Source: Candidatus Aminicenantia bacterium (GTDB lineage Bacteria > Acidobacteriota > Aminicenantia > Aminicenantales > UBA4085). Taken from it: DNA of 38,691 nucleotides. The notes below the pieces were generated by a model. It saw only the letters and a list, made by a program, of their open reading frames with translations, was not told where the DNA came from and did not search any database. The translations under genes were made by a program, and so were the position numbers. This document shows positions 8,985 through 18,705 of this stretch, piece by piece (position 1 is the stretch's first letter; every line of letters begins with the position of its first letter). The stretch is from contig JBGOYP010000001.1 in the NCBI GenBank assembly GCA_041479785.1, forward strand, positions 1 through 38,691. The letters run 5' to 3'.

Positions 8985-9503
8985 TCAGGCTTCCAGGCTG
9001 GGCTTGATGTCTTTGAAGCAGGCCTCAAGGATGTGGAGGATTTTTCGTTCGATCTGGTTCGTGGGAAGCGACGCGGCCTCCGAAATCTCGATAACGACGA
9101 GTTCCTTAGCCTTTTCCATCATCTTCTTTTCGCGGAAGGACAGCGGCTTGATGAGGCTGAGGTAGAAGAGGCTTTTCAGGACGGCGACGATGTCCAGAAT
9201 GGTCCCCGACTTCATCAGGTTCACGTGCTCCTTATACCGGCCTTTCCAGTTCATGGTCACTTCGACCTCGCCGTTTTTTATATAATCGAAGATTTCTTTT
9301 ACGGCATGCTCCGAAATGAGCTTCCGGATGCCGATCTCCTCGACCGAAGACGCGGGGAGAAGGACAAGAGTGTTATTGGACAGGATGCGGAGGTGAAAAA
9401 GTCGGAACCGGACCCCGTCGTAGGCTTCGTCCTGGATGTCTTCGATGACGCCCAGGCCTTGATTGGGATAAATGATCCTATCGCCAATCTTAAATGAATT
9501 CAT
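8985..9503 (-). CDS. carD: CarD/CdnL-family RNA-polymerase-binding transcription regulator
   Basis: The N-terminal FKIGDRIIYPNQGLGVIEDIQDE Tudor-like motif is typical of CarD_CdnL_TRCF. Length is 172 aa. Confidence 0.8.
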   Translation of the reverse strand: MNSFKIGDRIIYPNQGLGVIEDIQDEAYDGVRFRLFHLRILSNNTLVLLPASSVEEIGIRKLISEHAVKEIFDYIKNGEVEVTMNWKGRYKEHVNLMKSGTILDIVAVLKSLFYLSLIKPLSFREKKMMEKAKELVVIEISEAASLPTNQIERKILHILEACFKDIKPSLEA

Positions 9504-9567
9504 GGAAATTTAAATTATAGTATAAGTTAGCGGGATAGTCAAGCCGCGGAGCGAATAAAACTCCGGC

Positions 9568-9596
9568 TTGACAGACACGAGGCGGTCGGCTAACAT
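9568..9596 (+). promoter_or_regulatory. Sigma70-like promoter candidate for rpmH
   Basis: TTGACA (9568-9573), a 17-nt spacer, then TAACAT (9591-9596), 21 nt upstream of the rpmH ATG. Confidence 0.45.
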
Positions 9597-9617
9597 TAAG
9601 CCCTCACAGGTACAGCG

Positions 9618-9752
9618 ATGAAGCCGACATTTCGCCCGAACAACAGGAAACGTAAGAAGGACCACGGTTTCTTAGTCCGCATGAAAACCAAAGGCGGACA
9701 GAACGTCATCAAGAGACGAAGACAGAAAGGCCGGAAACGCCTCGCTGTTTAA
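9618..9752 (+). CDS. rpmH: 50S ribosomal protein L34
   Basis: Below the ORF-track size cutoff. Hand translation gives [44 protein letters not shown], a canonical L34. The stop shares 1 nt with the rnpA ATG (TAATG). Confidence 0.93.
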   Translation: MKPTFRPNNRKRKKDHGFLVRMKTKGGQNVIKRRRQKGRKRLAV

Positions 9753-10099
9753 TGCGCGAAAGCTATGGGCCTCGCGAGAGGGTCCGCAAAAAAAAGGATT
9801 TTAACGAACTTTACGGGAAAGGCGTCTGTGTTCGAGGCAACTACTTCAATCTAATATATTTACAGAACGCTCTTGGCCATTCCCGGATGGCGGTCGTCGC
9901 CAGCCGGAAGGTCGGAAACGCTGTCGAGCGCAACAGGGTCAAGCGTCGAGCTAAAGAATTGTTCAGAAGGAACAAGGATGAACTGAAGTTTCCGATGGAC
10001 CTTATTCTGATCGCGAAGAAGGATTTTCCAGGCGCGACCTGGCGGGAGACGCGGGAGCGGTATTTTGATGCGCTCCGGTCGATCCGAGCTAGAAGCTGA
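9752..10099 (+). CDS. rnpA: Ribonuclease P protein component
   Basis: 115 aa and basic. Contains SRKVGNAVERNRVKRRAKE (the RNR motif). Sits in the conserved rpmH-rnpA-yidD-yidC context. Confidence 0.88.
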   Translation: MRESYGPRERVRKKKDFNELYGKGVCVRGNYFNLIYLQNALGHSRMAVVASRKVGNAVERNRVKRRAKELFRRNKDELKFPMDLILIAKKDFPGATWRETRERYFDALRSIRARS

Positions 10100-10102
10100 G
10101 TG

Positions 10103-10312
10103 ATGAGAAGCATTTTTCTTTTCTTGATCCGGGCCTATAAAATGATTCTGTCTCCCTTTCTAGGGTACCACTGCCGGTTTTATCCTACGTGTTCGGATTA
10201 TATGGCCCAGGCCGTCGAGAAATACGGTCTGCCTAGAGGGTTCGTGATCGGGCTCAAAAGGCTCGGACGGTGCCATCCTTTTCATAGAGGCGGCGTCGAC
10301 CCCATACCATAA
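10103..10312 (+). CDS. yidD: Membrane protein insertion efficiency factor YidD
   Basis: [58 protein letters not shown]. The start could also be GTG at 10100. Confidence 0.9.
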   Translation: MRSIFLFLIRAYKMILSPFLGYHCRFYPTCSDYMAQAVEKYGLPRGFVIGLKRLGRCHPFHRGGVDPIP

Positions 10313-10323
10313 AAGGACATCTT

Positions 10324-12039
10324 ATGGAAAAAAGGCTACTCCTAGCGATTGTATTATCGTTTCTTATTCTTCTTCTTTTTCAGCTCGTTTTCGTAAAAAA
10401 AGCTCCCGAACTCAAACCGTCTGTCGAGCCGGCGGGCCAAGCGCAAAATGCCGTCGCGAACAGGGCCCCCGATAAAAAACCGTTGGAGAAAGACGCCCAC
10501 GGCCTGGCCCCGACGGCCCAGAATCCTTCTAATGCGCTGAAAATAAAACAATTAAAATCTTCCGAGAAGACCGATATAACGATCTCGACATCCCTCTATG
10601 AAGCGGTCTGGAGCAATAAGGGTGGCGTTCTGGTAAGCTGGAAACTTCGCAAACATAAAAATGACAAGAACCAGGACTTGGACCTTGTCCCCGCCTCCGC
10701 GAGCGAGACCGGGGTCTATCCTTTCGCTCTGTTGGACGACGACCCCGAAGCCATGAAAAACGGCACCAAAGGCATCGCTGAGAACGCTTTAAACCTTCCC
10801 TTCTATGAGGTCAACGGCGGCGAGATAAGAAACTCTCAAAAAATCAGCATTATGGACGGAGACAAAGCGGAGGTCCGTTTCGCATACGCGGACGAGAGAG
10901 GAAACGAGGTCGAAAAGAAATTCGTGTTTTATGGCGGCGCCTATCAGTTCGATATTTCGCTCCGCATCCGGAAGAACGGCCAGGACGTCCCTCCGCGCCT
11001 TTTATGGGGGCCGGGAATCGGAAACCCGACCGCAGCCGAGCTTAAACAGCGGATGGGAACAAGCGGCGGCGCTTCGTTCCTGATTTCCGGCAAGATCTTT
11101 CGGCTCCCCGAAGATGTCAAGAAATACAAGCCGGAAGCCAGCGGTTTCAATTATGTAAGCTGGGCGGCCTTCGATGATGTCTATTTTGCGGCGATATTTC
11201 TTCCGTCCGGGCAAAACGGGACAGCGTCGTTCCTCAAGCAAGACACGGACAAAGGGTCATATTTCTTTCTGTCCATGACAAGCCCGCAAAAAGCGTTTAT
11301 CGGGCCGAAGGAATATGATGCCCTGGCGGATTTCGGGCACGATGCCAAGAAAATCGTCCAGTTCGGATTCTTCGGGTTCTTTGCCGAAATCCTTTTCTAT
11401 TCGATAAAATTCATCCACAAATTCATTCCCAATTGGGGGTTTGCCATTATCCTGCTCACGATCGTCATCAAGATCATTTTCTTCCCGCTGACCTATAGCA
11501 GCACGAAATCCATGGCCAAAATGGCCGGCCTCCAACCGAAGATCAAGGCCCTCCGGAACAGGTATAAGAAGTCAAAAACCGATATCGAACAACGCCGGCA
11601 GATGAACGAAGAGATGATGAAGCTTTACAAGGAGCATGGCGTCAATCCGGCGGGCGGTTGCTTGCCCATGCTTATCCAGATTCCCTTCTTTTTCGGTTTT
11701 TATGGGATGCTCCGGGCAGCGATAGAATTCCGCCAAAGCCCGTGGATTCTCTGGATCAAAGACCTTTCCTTGCATGACCCCCTTTACATTACACCGATTT
11801 TGATGGGGATCACTCAGTTCATTAGCCAAAAAATGACGCCGACGTCGGCCGACCCCTCGCAGCAGAGAATGATGTTGCTTATGCCGCTCATCTTCACTGT
11901 CTTTTTCTTAAGCTTTTCGAGCGGGCTGGTCATTTACTGGCTGACGTCCAACGTCGTCCAGATCGGACAACAATATATCATGAATCGCATGATTAAGGCG
12001 AAAAAGGGCGAGTCCAATGGAAAACGAAGAAAAAAGTGA
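10324..12039 (+). CDS. yidC: Membrane protein insertase YidC (long Gram-negative type with periplasmic P1 domain)
   Basis: 571 aa. An N-terminal TM segment is followed by a large periplasmic domain and the C-terminal 60-kDa IMP core (NWGFAIILLTIVIKIIFFPLT, GGCLPMLIQIPFFFGFY, GLVIYWLTSN). Confidence 0.92.
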   Translation: MEKRLLLAIVLSFLILLLFQLVFVKKAPELKPSVEPAGQAQNAVANRAPDKKPLEKDAHGLAPTAQNPSNALKIKQLKSSEKTDITISTSLYEAVWSNKGGVLVSWKLRKHKNDKNQDLDLVPASASETGVYPFALLDDDPEAMKNGTKGIAENALNLPFYEVNGGEIRNSQKISIMDGDKAEVRFAYADERGNEVEKKFVFYGGAYQFDISLRIRKNGQDVPPRLLWGPGIGNPTAAELKQRMGTSGGASFLISGKIFRLPEDVKKYKPEASGFNYVSWAAFDDVYFAAIFLPSGQNGTASFLKQDTDKGSYFFLSMTSPQKAFIGPKEYDALADFGHDAKKIVQFGFFGFFAEILFYSIKFIHKFIPNWGFAIILLTIVIKIIFFPLTYSSTKSMAKMAGLQPKIKALRNRYKKSKTDIEQRRQMNEEMMKLYKEHGVNPAGGCLPMLIQIPFFFGFYGMLRAAIEFRQSPWILWIKDLSLHDPLYITPILMGITQFISQKMTPTSADPSQQRMMLLMPLIFTVFFLSFSSGLVIYWLTSNVVQIGQQYIMNRMIKAKKGESNGKRRKK

Positions 12040-12649
12040 ACTTATTCCGGAATTCAAGGGTAAGAACCTCGAAGATGCCATTGCCCATGCCGAGCATAAG
12101 CTGAAGATCTCTCGGTCCGAACTGAATTACGAAGTCGTAACCGAGAAAACAAAACTCTTCGGAATCAGCAAAGAGATCGTAATCCGGGCTTGGCCGAAAA
12201 ATGCCGCTGAAGAAAACGCCGTAGCCGATTTTCTGGAGAAATTACGGGGCGTATTTCCCCTGGACTTCACTTATGACATCAAGAAAAAGAACGGCTTCGT
12301 TTTTGTCATTTTCGGCGGAGAGGACAAACAGCTCCTCCTCTGGAAGGATGGTTCCCTGCTTTTGGCTCTACAGCATATTCTGAACAAGATTTCGAACCAA
12401 AAAGTCCAAGTCGATTGCGAATTCTTCCGCAAAAGAAAGGAAAAAAAGCTGCGCGACTACGCCCTGGACATCGCCCACCAGGTTCTAGAATCCGGGCGGA
12501 ACGAAATCCTCGACCTCATGAATCCGTATGAACGACGGATTGTCCATATCGCCGTCAATCAAGTTCCGGGCATCACGAGCGAAAGCCTGGGAGAAGGGTT
12601 CCTCAAAAGAGTTAAAATATTTCCCGTCGACAAACCTCGTAACCCATAA
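12017..12649 (+). CDS. jag: Jag/KhpB RNA-binding protein (Jag_N + KH + R3H)
   Basis: 210 aa. The R3H-type C-terminus is ILDLMNPYERRIVHIAV. It takes the conserved position after yidC and overlaps the yidC end by 23 nt. Confidence 0.8.
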   Translation: MENEEKSELIPEFKGKNLEDAIAHAEHKLKISRSELNYEVVTEKTKLFGISKEIVIRAWPKNAAEENAVADFLEKLRGVFPLDFTYDIKKKNGFVFVIFGGEDKQLLLWKDGSLLLALQHILNKISNQKVQVDCEFFRKRKEKKLRDYALDIAHQVLESGRNEILDLMNPYERRIVHIAVNQVPGITSESLGEGFLKRVKIFPVDKPRNP

Positions 12650-12707
12650 AACACACGCGAGCGAACTTCCCCGGGCGGAAATATTAAAATTTTTCCCGCC
12701 CCGTCTA

Positions 12708-12736
12708 TTTACTATTTCGCGACGCTCTTTTAAAAT
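12708..12736 (+). promoter_or_regulatory. Promoter-like element immediately upstream of mnmE
   Basis: TTTACT (12708-12713), a 17-nt spacer, then TAAAAT (12731-12736). The -10 ends 9 nt before ATG 12746 and no Shine-Dalgarno lies between them. Confidence 0.3.
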
Positions 12737-12745
12737 TCGGTTCAA

Positions 12746-14125
12746 ATGGAGGACTATGCCCGGGACGACACGATCGTCGCCATATCGACTCCCCTTGGGT
12801 TCGGCGGAATCGGCATCGTCCGGTTGAGCGGCAATGAAGCGCTTGAGATCGCCCGGAAGATTTTCATTTTTACGACGGCGAAGACAACGATAATTCCCCA
12901 GCGCGCGGTTTTTGGTCATCTCGTCGAAATCGGGGGCGGGGAGCGTCTCGATGACGGATATCTCATCTATTTTCGCGGACCTCATTCCTATACGAAAGAG
13001 GACGTTGTCGAGTTGAGCCTTCACGGGAGTCCGGCCGTTCTAGAGGGAGCTCTCCGTTCGTCGATCAAAGCGGGCGCGCGGGCCGCTCATCCTGGAGAAT
13101 TTACGCTTAGGGCGTTTTTGAACGGTCGATTCGACATCATCCAGGCCGAAGCGGTGAACGACCTGATCCATGCGACCTCGCTCGAGGCGGCCAAGCTGGC
13201 TTTTAGGCAGATAGACGGGAGACTCTCGATGAAAATCTGGGAGTTGCGTCGCCGGATGGTCAGGCTGCAGGCCGATATCGAAGCCTTGATCGAATTTCCC
13301 GAAGAATGTCTCCCGGTCTCGTCCCAAAAAATCTCCCGCTCGCTTGCCACAATCGTCCGTTTTCTTGAAAATTTGGTTTCGAGCTATAACGCCGGGAAAG
13401 CCCTTTTCGAGGGCGTGACCCTTGCGATTGTCGGAAAGACGAACGTCGGGAAATCGACCCTTTTTAACGCGATTCTCGAGGAGGACCGGGCTATTGTCAC
13501 TCCCTACCCTGGCACGACGCGGGATTTCTTGAGGGAACGTGTCCGGATTCGAGACGCTTATTTTACATTGGTCGATATGGCCGGTCTCGCGAAGTCGCGG
13601 GCGAAGGTCGAAAAAGAGGGTATCGAAAGAGGAAAGCGCTTGGCCGCTCAAGCGGACGGACTTCTGATTATCCTGGATATTTCGAGAAAGGAATCTCGGC
13701 AGGATCAAACTCTTCTCGAGGCTTGCCGGGACAGGAATGCACTGGTTGTTTTTAACAAGATCGACCTCCCGCGAAAAATGGATACCCGGCGAATTAAACG
13801 ATGGAGCGGACGGCTTCCCTCAGTCGAGATCTCGGCGCTCAAGGGGAATAATATCGGCTTTTTAAAAGCGGAGATCTATCGATTATTCGCGGTCAAGCTG
13901 AAAAACCCGGAAAGCACGATTTTTCATTTGAGGCAAAAAACGGAACTCGAGAGTATCTTGAAGCACTGCTTGAACGCCCGGGATAGGCTGGCGATGACAA
14001 GCTCCGAGGAAATATGCGCCGAAGAAATGCGCGATGCTATACAGGGAATGGGCCGGCTCACGGGCGATATCCGCACAGACGAAGTCTTGGAAGATATTTT
14101 CAGCCGGTTTTGCGTGGGAAAATAA
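12746..14125 (+). CDS. mnmE: tRNA modification GTPase MnmE
   Basis: N-terminus [24 protein letters not shown]-domain [12 protein letters not shown] / DMAG / NKID, and the C-terminal CVGK tetrapeptide. Confidence 0.93.
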   Translation: MEDYARDDTIVAISTPLGFGGIGIVRLSGNEALEIARKIFIFTTAKTTIIPQRAVFGHLVEIGGGERLDDGYLIYFRGPHSYTKEDVVELSLHGSPAVLEGALRSSIKAGARAAHPGEFTLRAFLNGRFDIIQAEAVNDLIHATSLEAAKLAFRQIDGRLSMKIWELRRRMVRLQADIEALIEFPEECLPVSSQKISRSLATIVRFLENLVSSYNAGKALFEGVTLAIVGKTNVGKSTLFNAILEEDRAIVTPYPGTTRDFLRERVRIRDAYFTLVDMAGLAKSRAKVEKEGIERGKRLAAQADGLLIILDISRKESRQDQTLLEACRDRNALVVFNKIDLPRKMDTRRIKRWSGRLPSVEISALKGNNIGFLKAEIYRLFAVKLKNPESTIFHLRQKTELESILKHCLNARDRLAMTSSEEICAEEMRDAIQGMGRLTGDIRTDEVLEDIFSRFCVGK

Positions 14126-14126
14126 A

Positions 14127-16007
14127 ATGGGACCTCAATCCTCTGACCGGTATGATGTCCTAGTCATCGGCGCGGGACACGCCGGTTGCGAAGCCGCTCA
14201 TGCCGCGAGCAAAATGGGCTTGAGGACCTGCCTTATGACAATCCACCTCGAGACAATCGCCCAGATGTCCTGTAATCCCGCTATCGGGGGATTGGCAAAA
14301 GGCCATTTGGTCCGCGAAATCGACGCTCTCGGGGGGATCATGGGACTTCTTGCCGATGAAACCGGAATCCAGTTTCGGTTGCTCAATCAGAGTAGGGGAG
14401 GGGCGGTTCAAGCGCCCCGGGCGCAATGCGATAAAGCGTTATACCGATTGACGATGAAGAAATGGCTCGAAGAAATCGCCAACTTGACCATTTTTCAGGG
14501 GATAGCATCCGATATTCTGGTTGAAAAAGGAAAGGCCGTCGGCGTATCGACCCTGGACGGCCATATCATTCGCGCCAAAGCTATCATCGCCACTCCGGGA
14601 ACATTCCTAAATGGGCTCATCCACATAGGATTGAGCAGCTATTCGGCCGGGAGGGCGAACGAACCGGCTTCGGTCGAACTCAGCTCTAGCTTGAGGAAGC
14701 TAGGATTGAAAACTTTGCGGTTGAAAACCGGGACTCCGATGCGCTTGGATAAAAACACGATTGACTGGTCGAAATTCGAGCCCCAGGAGGGCGACAAGAT
14801 TCCCGTCCCCTTTTCATTCAGGACAAAGCGGAAGCTTGAAAATAAGGTCGTTTGTTATGTCGGATATACGAACGCGCGAACGAACGACGTCATAAAGAAG
14901 AATCTCGATAAATCGCCTCTTTTTTCAGGTAAGATCAAAGGAATAGGAGCGCGGTATTGCCCCTCTATCGAGGACAAAGTCGTCAAATTTCCTCATCATC
15001 CGCGCCATCAGTTCTTTTTAGAACCCGAGGGGGTGGAGACGACCGAAATCTATGTGAACGGTATCTCCACGAGCCTTCCATATCAGGTCCAAAAGGATAT
15101 CCTTAAAAGCATCCCGGGAATAAACCAAGCCAAAATATTGAGGCCGGCGTACGGCATAGAATACGATGCGGTCGCTCCGATTCAGCTCTTTCCCACTCTC
15201 GAAACGAAGGTTTGTCAAGGTCTTTACCTGGCAGGACAAATCAACGGAACCTCGGGGTACGAAGAGGCTGCCGCCCAGGGATTGATGGCAGGGATCAACG
15301 CCGTCCTGAAAATCAGGAAACAGGGCCCGTTTTTAGTTAAGCGCGAAGAAGGTTATATCGGAGTCCTCGTTGATGACCTCGTCACAAAAGGGGTAGATGA
15401 GCCGTATCGGCTATTTACGTCGCGCGCGGAATATCGCTTGAGGCTGAGAATCGACAACGCTGACGGACGTCTAACCCGATACGGATATAAGCTTGGCCTA
15501 ATTAATGAGGAGGAGTTTGACCGCTACGAACGTAAACAGGAGCGGATCTCTAAAGTTTTGAACTATCTCGAGGCCAGGAAAATATCATTGCAAAACAATG
15601 AAAAAATATCACTGCGGGATTATCTCAAAAAGCCTGAAATTCGGCTGTCAAATGTGCTAGAATACGAAAAGATGCCCGAGGCCTTATCGAGCGAAGAGGT
15701 TAGGCATATAGAAGCCGAAATCAAATATGAGGGGTATCTCAAGAAGCAGGATAAAGAGATCGCGAAGGCCCTTAAAATTGACAGCCTTCAAATACCAGGG
15801 GATTTAGATTTTGGGTCGGTCCCGGGCCTAACGAGAGAGGCTATTGAAAAACTAAAATTAAATAGGCCGCGGACTATTGGAGACATGAAAAAAGTGTCAG
15901 GGTTAACACCTTCGGACGTTATGAGCGTTTATATCCACCAGAATATCCAAAAAAAACGGTCGCGGAAGGCGAATGTTCCACGTGGAACACAGGACGATGA
16001 ACCATAG
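14127..16007 (+). CDS. mnmG: tRNA uridine 5-carboxymethylaminomethyl modification enzyme MnmG (GidA)
   Basis: [19 protein letters not shown] motif, [20 protein letters not shown] and [12 protein letters not shown]. The true start is taken as in-frame ATG 14127 (MGPQSS), 1 nt after the mnmE stop. The 31-codon ORF-track extension overlaps mnmE. Confidence 0.92.
   Translation: MGPQSSDRYDVLVIGAGHAGCEAAHAASKMGLRTCLMTIHLETIAQMSCNPAIGGLAKGHLVREIDALGGIMGLLADETGIQFRLLNQSRGGAVQAPRAQCDKALYRLTMKKWLEEIANLTIFQGIASDILVEKGKAVGVSTLDGHIIRAKAIIATPGTFLNGLIHIGLSSYSAGRANEPASVELSSSLRKLGLKTLRLKTGTPMRLDKNTIDWSKFEPQEGDKIPVPFSFRTKRKLENKVVCYVGYTNARTNDVIKKNLDKSPLFSGKIKGIGARYCPSIEDKVVKFPHHPRHQFFLEPEGVETTEIYVNGISTSLPYQVQKDILKSIPGINQAKILRPAYGIEYDAVAPIQLFPTLETKVCQGLYLAGQINGTSGYEEAAAQGLMAGINAVLKIRKQGPFLVKREEGYIGVLVDDLVTKGVDEPYRLFTSRAEYRLRLRIDNADGRLTRYGYKLGLINEEEFDRYERKQERISKVLNYLEARKISLQNNEKISLRDYLKKPEIRLSNVLEYEKMPEALSSEEVRHIEAEIKYEGYLKKQDKEIAKALKIDSLQIPGDLDFGSVPGLTREAIEKLKLNRPRTIGDMKKVSGLTPSDVMSVYIHQNIQKKRSRKANVPRGTQDDEP
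15974..15989. promoter_or_regulatory. parS: parS centromere-like site (perfect 16-bp palindrome)
   Basis: TGTTCCACGTGGAACA, compared with the consensus tGTTNCACGTGAAACa. It lies in the last codons of mnmG, 8 nt upstream of the parA ATG. Confidence 0.85.
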
Positions 16008-16755
16008 AATAATCGCGGTCGCGAATCAGAAAGGCGGTGTCGGAAAAACTACGACAGCCATAAATTTAGCTTCCTCTTTGGCCTATAAAAAAGCGCGCGT
16101 GCTCGTGGTGGACCTTGACCCCCAAGGAATGACGACTGCCGGCCTTGGCAAATCGAAACAAGCGGACAAAGGAATTTACCAGGCTATGATGAACGGCCGC
16201 GATACAATGGAAGAAATCCAAGGGACCGAGTTGGATAATCTCTATATTTGTCCTTGCTCTCCGGAATTGGCGGGCGTCGAGGTCGAATTATTTTCCAAGG
16301 AGAGCCGCGAACGAATGCTTCGAGGGGCCCTCGATAGCATTCGCTTAAAATTTAATTTTGTCCTCATCGATTGCCCCCCGTCTCTCGGTTTTTTAACGAT
16401 CAACGCTTTATCCGCGGCCGACTCCATCCTCATTCCCGTTCAGACGGAATTCTTTTGCATGGAAGGAATCCCCGACCTTTTTCGGATTCTTAATGAAGTT
16501 CGGACATACTTCAATCCTACCTTGAAAATCGAGGGTATACTCCTGACGATGTTCGACGAGCGCACGAATCTTTCCCGCCAAGTCGCGGACGAAGTGCGAA
16601 AGTCTCTCAAGGAAATTGTTTTTGAAACGGTTATTCCAAGAAGCATCAAATTAGCCGAAGCTCCGAGCTTCGGGAAACCGATCGTTCTTTATGATATAAA
16701 GTCGCGTGGCGCCGAAGCTTACTTAAGCTTGGCGCGGGAGATCATGGAAAAATGA
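15997..16755 (+). CDS. parA: Chromosome partitioning ATPase ParA/Soj
   Basis: [21 protein letters not shown] deviant Walker A, DLDPQG and IDCPPSLG. The start is taken at MNHRIIAV (ATG 15997). The upstream MFHVEHRT of the ORF track is simply parS translated. Confidence 0.92.
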   Translation: MNHRIIAVANQKGGVGKTTTAINLASSLAYKKARVLVVDLDPQGMTTAGLGKSKQADKGIYQAMMNGRDTMEEIQGTELDNLYICPCSPELAGVEVELFSKESRERMLRGALDSIRLKFNFVLIDCPPSLGFLTINALSAADSILIPVQTEFFCMEGIPDLFRILNEVRTYFNPTLKIEGILLTMFDERTNLSRQVADEVRKSLKEIVFETVIPRSIKLAEAPSFGKPIVLYDIKSRGAEAYLSLAREIMEK

Positions 16756-17594
16756 AACAAGCGCTTGGAAAAGGCCTCAAAGCTTTTATTCCGGAAGAAT
16801 TCGGCATCCTTAAAGCAGAAACGTATGCTGAACTCGAAATCGAAAAACTCACTCCGCACCCGCTTCAACCGAGGATGAAATTCGATGAAAAGGGCATCGA
16901 CGAGCTGGCCCAATCGATAAAAGAGGCCGGCGTTCTTCAGCCGATCATCGTCGTCCCCAGCGACGGCGGATATAGAATTCTCATTGGCGAAAGACGCTGG
17001 CGTGCGGCGCAAAAAGCAGGCCTTCGCAAAGTCCCCGTGATCATTCGTAATATTCCGCAGAACAAACAGCTTGAAGCGACCCTGATCGAGAACTTGCAAC
17101 GGGAAGATTTAAACCCGATCGAGATCGCTCTTTCATATAAAAGGCTGATCGAAGAGATGAACCTTACCCAAGAAGAAATCGCCGAAAAAGTCGGGAAAGA
17201 TAGAGCGTCCGTTGCCAATTTTATACGCTTGCTTAGGCTTCCAGGCGAAATCCAGGACGAAATTCAGAGCGGAAAACTCTCGATGGGGCATGCTAAAGCA
17301 TTGCTGGCCGTCGAAGAATCGAAAATTCTCTTAAGCCTCGCGCAGAAGATTATTCATAAGGGGTTGTCCGTCCGAGAAACGGAAAGCCTGGTCGCCAGAC
17401 TAAAAAAACAGCCGGGGCAGAAAAAGACCAAGGCCGACCCTAATCTCGATGCCGTCCAAGAAGAACTCTTAAGAGCCATTGGCGCGAAAGTCTTGATATC
17501 GGGAAGCCAAAAAAGAGGAATGATAAAAATATATTATTTTTCACTTGAAGAGCTAAATCGGATTTTTGAGCTTCTCAAAGGAGGCCGGGCGTGA
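16752..17594 (+). CDS. parB: Chromosome partitioning protein ParB/Spo0J
   Basis: GVLQPIIV and [12 protein letters not shown] ParB-box motifs plus an HTH ([21 protein letters not shown]). The ATGA overlaps the parA stop. Confidence 0.92.
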   Translation: MKQALGKGLKAFIPEEFGILKAETYAELEIEKLTPHPLQPRMKFDEKGIDELAQSIKEAGVLQPIIVVPSDGGYRILIGERRWRAAQKAGLRKVPVIIRNIPQNKQLEATLIENLQREDLNPIEIALSYKRLIEEMNLTQEEIAEKVGKDRASVANFIRLLRLPGEIQDEIQSGKLSMGHAKALLAVEESKILLSLAQKIIHKGLSVRETESLVARLKKQPGQKKTKADPNLDAVQEELLRAIGAKVLISGSQKRGMIKIYYFSLEELNRIFELLKGGRA

Positions 17595-17983
17595 AAGAAA
17601 AAAAAGCCGACGATAACAAGATTTCGGGATTCCTGGACGAAGGAACGGAATTCAGCGGAACGATGAAGTTCACGGGATCCTTCCGCATCGACGGACATTT
17701 CAAAGGAAAGATCGAGTCCGATTCGACTCTGCTCATCGGGAGCAAGGGAAAAGTAGAAGCCGAAATCGTCGTCCGTCATGTTGTCGTCAGCGGGGATTTC
17801 AAAGGCGACATAAAAGCGACCGAGCGGGTGGAAATCAACAGCGAAGGGCGGGTCGTCGGAACAATCCTCACGCCGAAACTGATCGTAGAAGAGGGAGCGT
17901 TTCTTGAAGCTCGTTGCCAGACATCGAGCGTAGACTCGATCTCTGACGCAAATGTTGGGGAAAAGAAGGAATCCCGGATTTGA
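17591..17983 (+). CDS. Bactofilin (polymer-forming cytoskeletal protein, DUF583)
   Basis: 130 aa. Repetitive beta-helix-type sequence: GTMKFTGSFRIDGHFKGKIESDSTLLIGSKGKVEAEIVVRHVVVSGDFKGDIKATERVEINSEGRVVGTILTPKLIVEEGAFLEA. The GTG start overlaps the parB stop (GTGA). Confidence 0.8.
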   Translation: MKEKKADDNKISGFLDEGTEFSGTMKFTGSFRIDGHFKGKIESDSTLLIGSKGKVEAEIVVRHVVVSGDFKGDIKATERVEINSEGRVVGTILTPKLIVEEGAFLEARCQTSSVDSISDANVGEKKESRI

Positions 17984-18705
17984 AGAAAGCTCTCGGCGTA
18001 ATTCCCGTCCGTTATGGAGCGACCCGTTTTCCTGGAAAACCGCTGGCTTCGATATTGGGGAAGCCCATGCTCCAATGGGTCTATGAAGGAGCGCAACGAG
18101 CCAAGCTATTGAGCGACGTCCTCATCGCCACGGACGATGAACGCATTCTCAAGATTTCCGCCGAAATCGGGGCCAAGGCTTTGATGACGTCACCGGGCCA
18201 TACTTCCGGTTCAGAGAGAGTCGCGGAAGTCGCGGAATCCGCCAGGGTTTCGATCGTCATAAATATCCAGGGCGATGAGCCTCTTATTACAGGCGAAATC
18301 ATCGATTTATTAATTCTCTCGCTACAAGATAGGGCGATTCCTATGGCTACGTTAATGGCGAAGAATAAAGATATATCGTCATTAAATAATCCGCATATCG
18401 TGAAAGTCATCGTTGATAAAAATAGCCAGGCGCTATATTTTTCGCGTTCGCCGCTTCCCCACGGCGCTTCTGATTTCTTCTTCCAACATATCGGGATCTA
18501 TGGATACCAGAAAAATTTTCTTCTGAATTTTCATCGGATGGCCCGCTCCCGGCTCGAAAAAATCGAGAGCCTCGAGCAGCTGCGGGCTCTTGAAAACGGC
18601 TATCGCATTAAAATGGTCGAGATCCCTTTTCCCACCTTGAGTGTGGATACTCCTCAAGATATAATCAAGGTCGAAGATCTTCTGAGGAAGAGAAGCCATG
18701 AGTAA
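17980..18705 (+). CDS. kdsB: 3-deoxy-manno-octulosonate cytidylyltransferase (CMP-Kdo synthetase)
   Basis: GVIPVRYGATRFPGKPL, NIQGDEPL and HIGIYGY. The TTG start overlaps the bactofilin stop. Confidence 0.88.
   Translation: MKKALGVIPVRYGATRFPGKPLASILGKPMLQWVYEGAQRAKLLSDVLIATDDERILKISAEIGAKALMTSPGHTSGSERVAEVAESARVSIVINIQGDEPLITGEIIDLLILSLQDRAIPMATLMAKNKDISSLNNPHIVKVIVDKNSQALYFSRSPLPHGASDFFFQHIGIYGYQKNFLLNFHRMARSRLEKIESLEQLRALENGYRIKMVEIPFPTLSVDTPQDIIKVEDLLRKRSHE

Noticed and set aside
7263-8985. tmRNA (ssrA) gene next to smpB
   Set aside because: smpB is flanked by overlapping protein genes on both sides, so there is no intergenic space or tRNA-like acceptor/T-arm sequence.
9217-9231. Half parS-like AGGTTCACGTGCTCC inside carD
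   Set aside because: Only the central CACGTG plus one arm match. The second arm is absent, so this is not a credible ParB site.
14034-14126. 31-codon N-terminal extension of mnmG, with similar extensions at manC (23872..24006), tricorn (25706..25780), kdsC (22062..22082) and recA (36281..36376)
   Set aside because: The extensions overlap upstream genes or non-coding DNA, lack an SD, and precede in-frame starts that reproduce the conserved family N-termini.
15973-15996. Upstream ParA start MFHVEHRT
   Set aside because: These codons are the parS palindrome itself read as protein. The conserved ParA N-terminus begins at [14 protein letters not shown] (ATG 15997).
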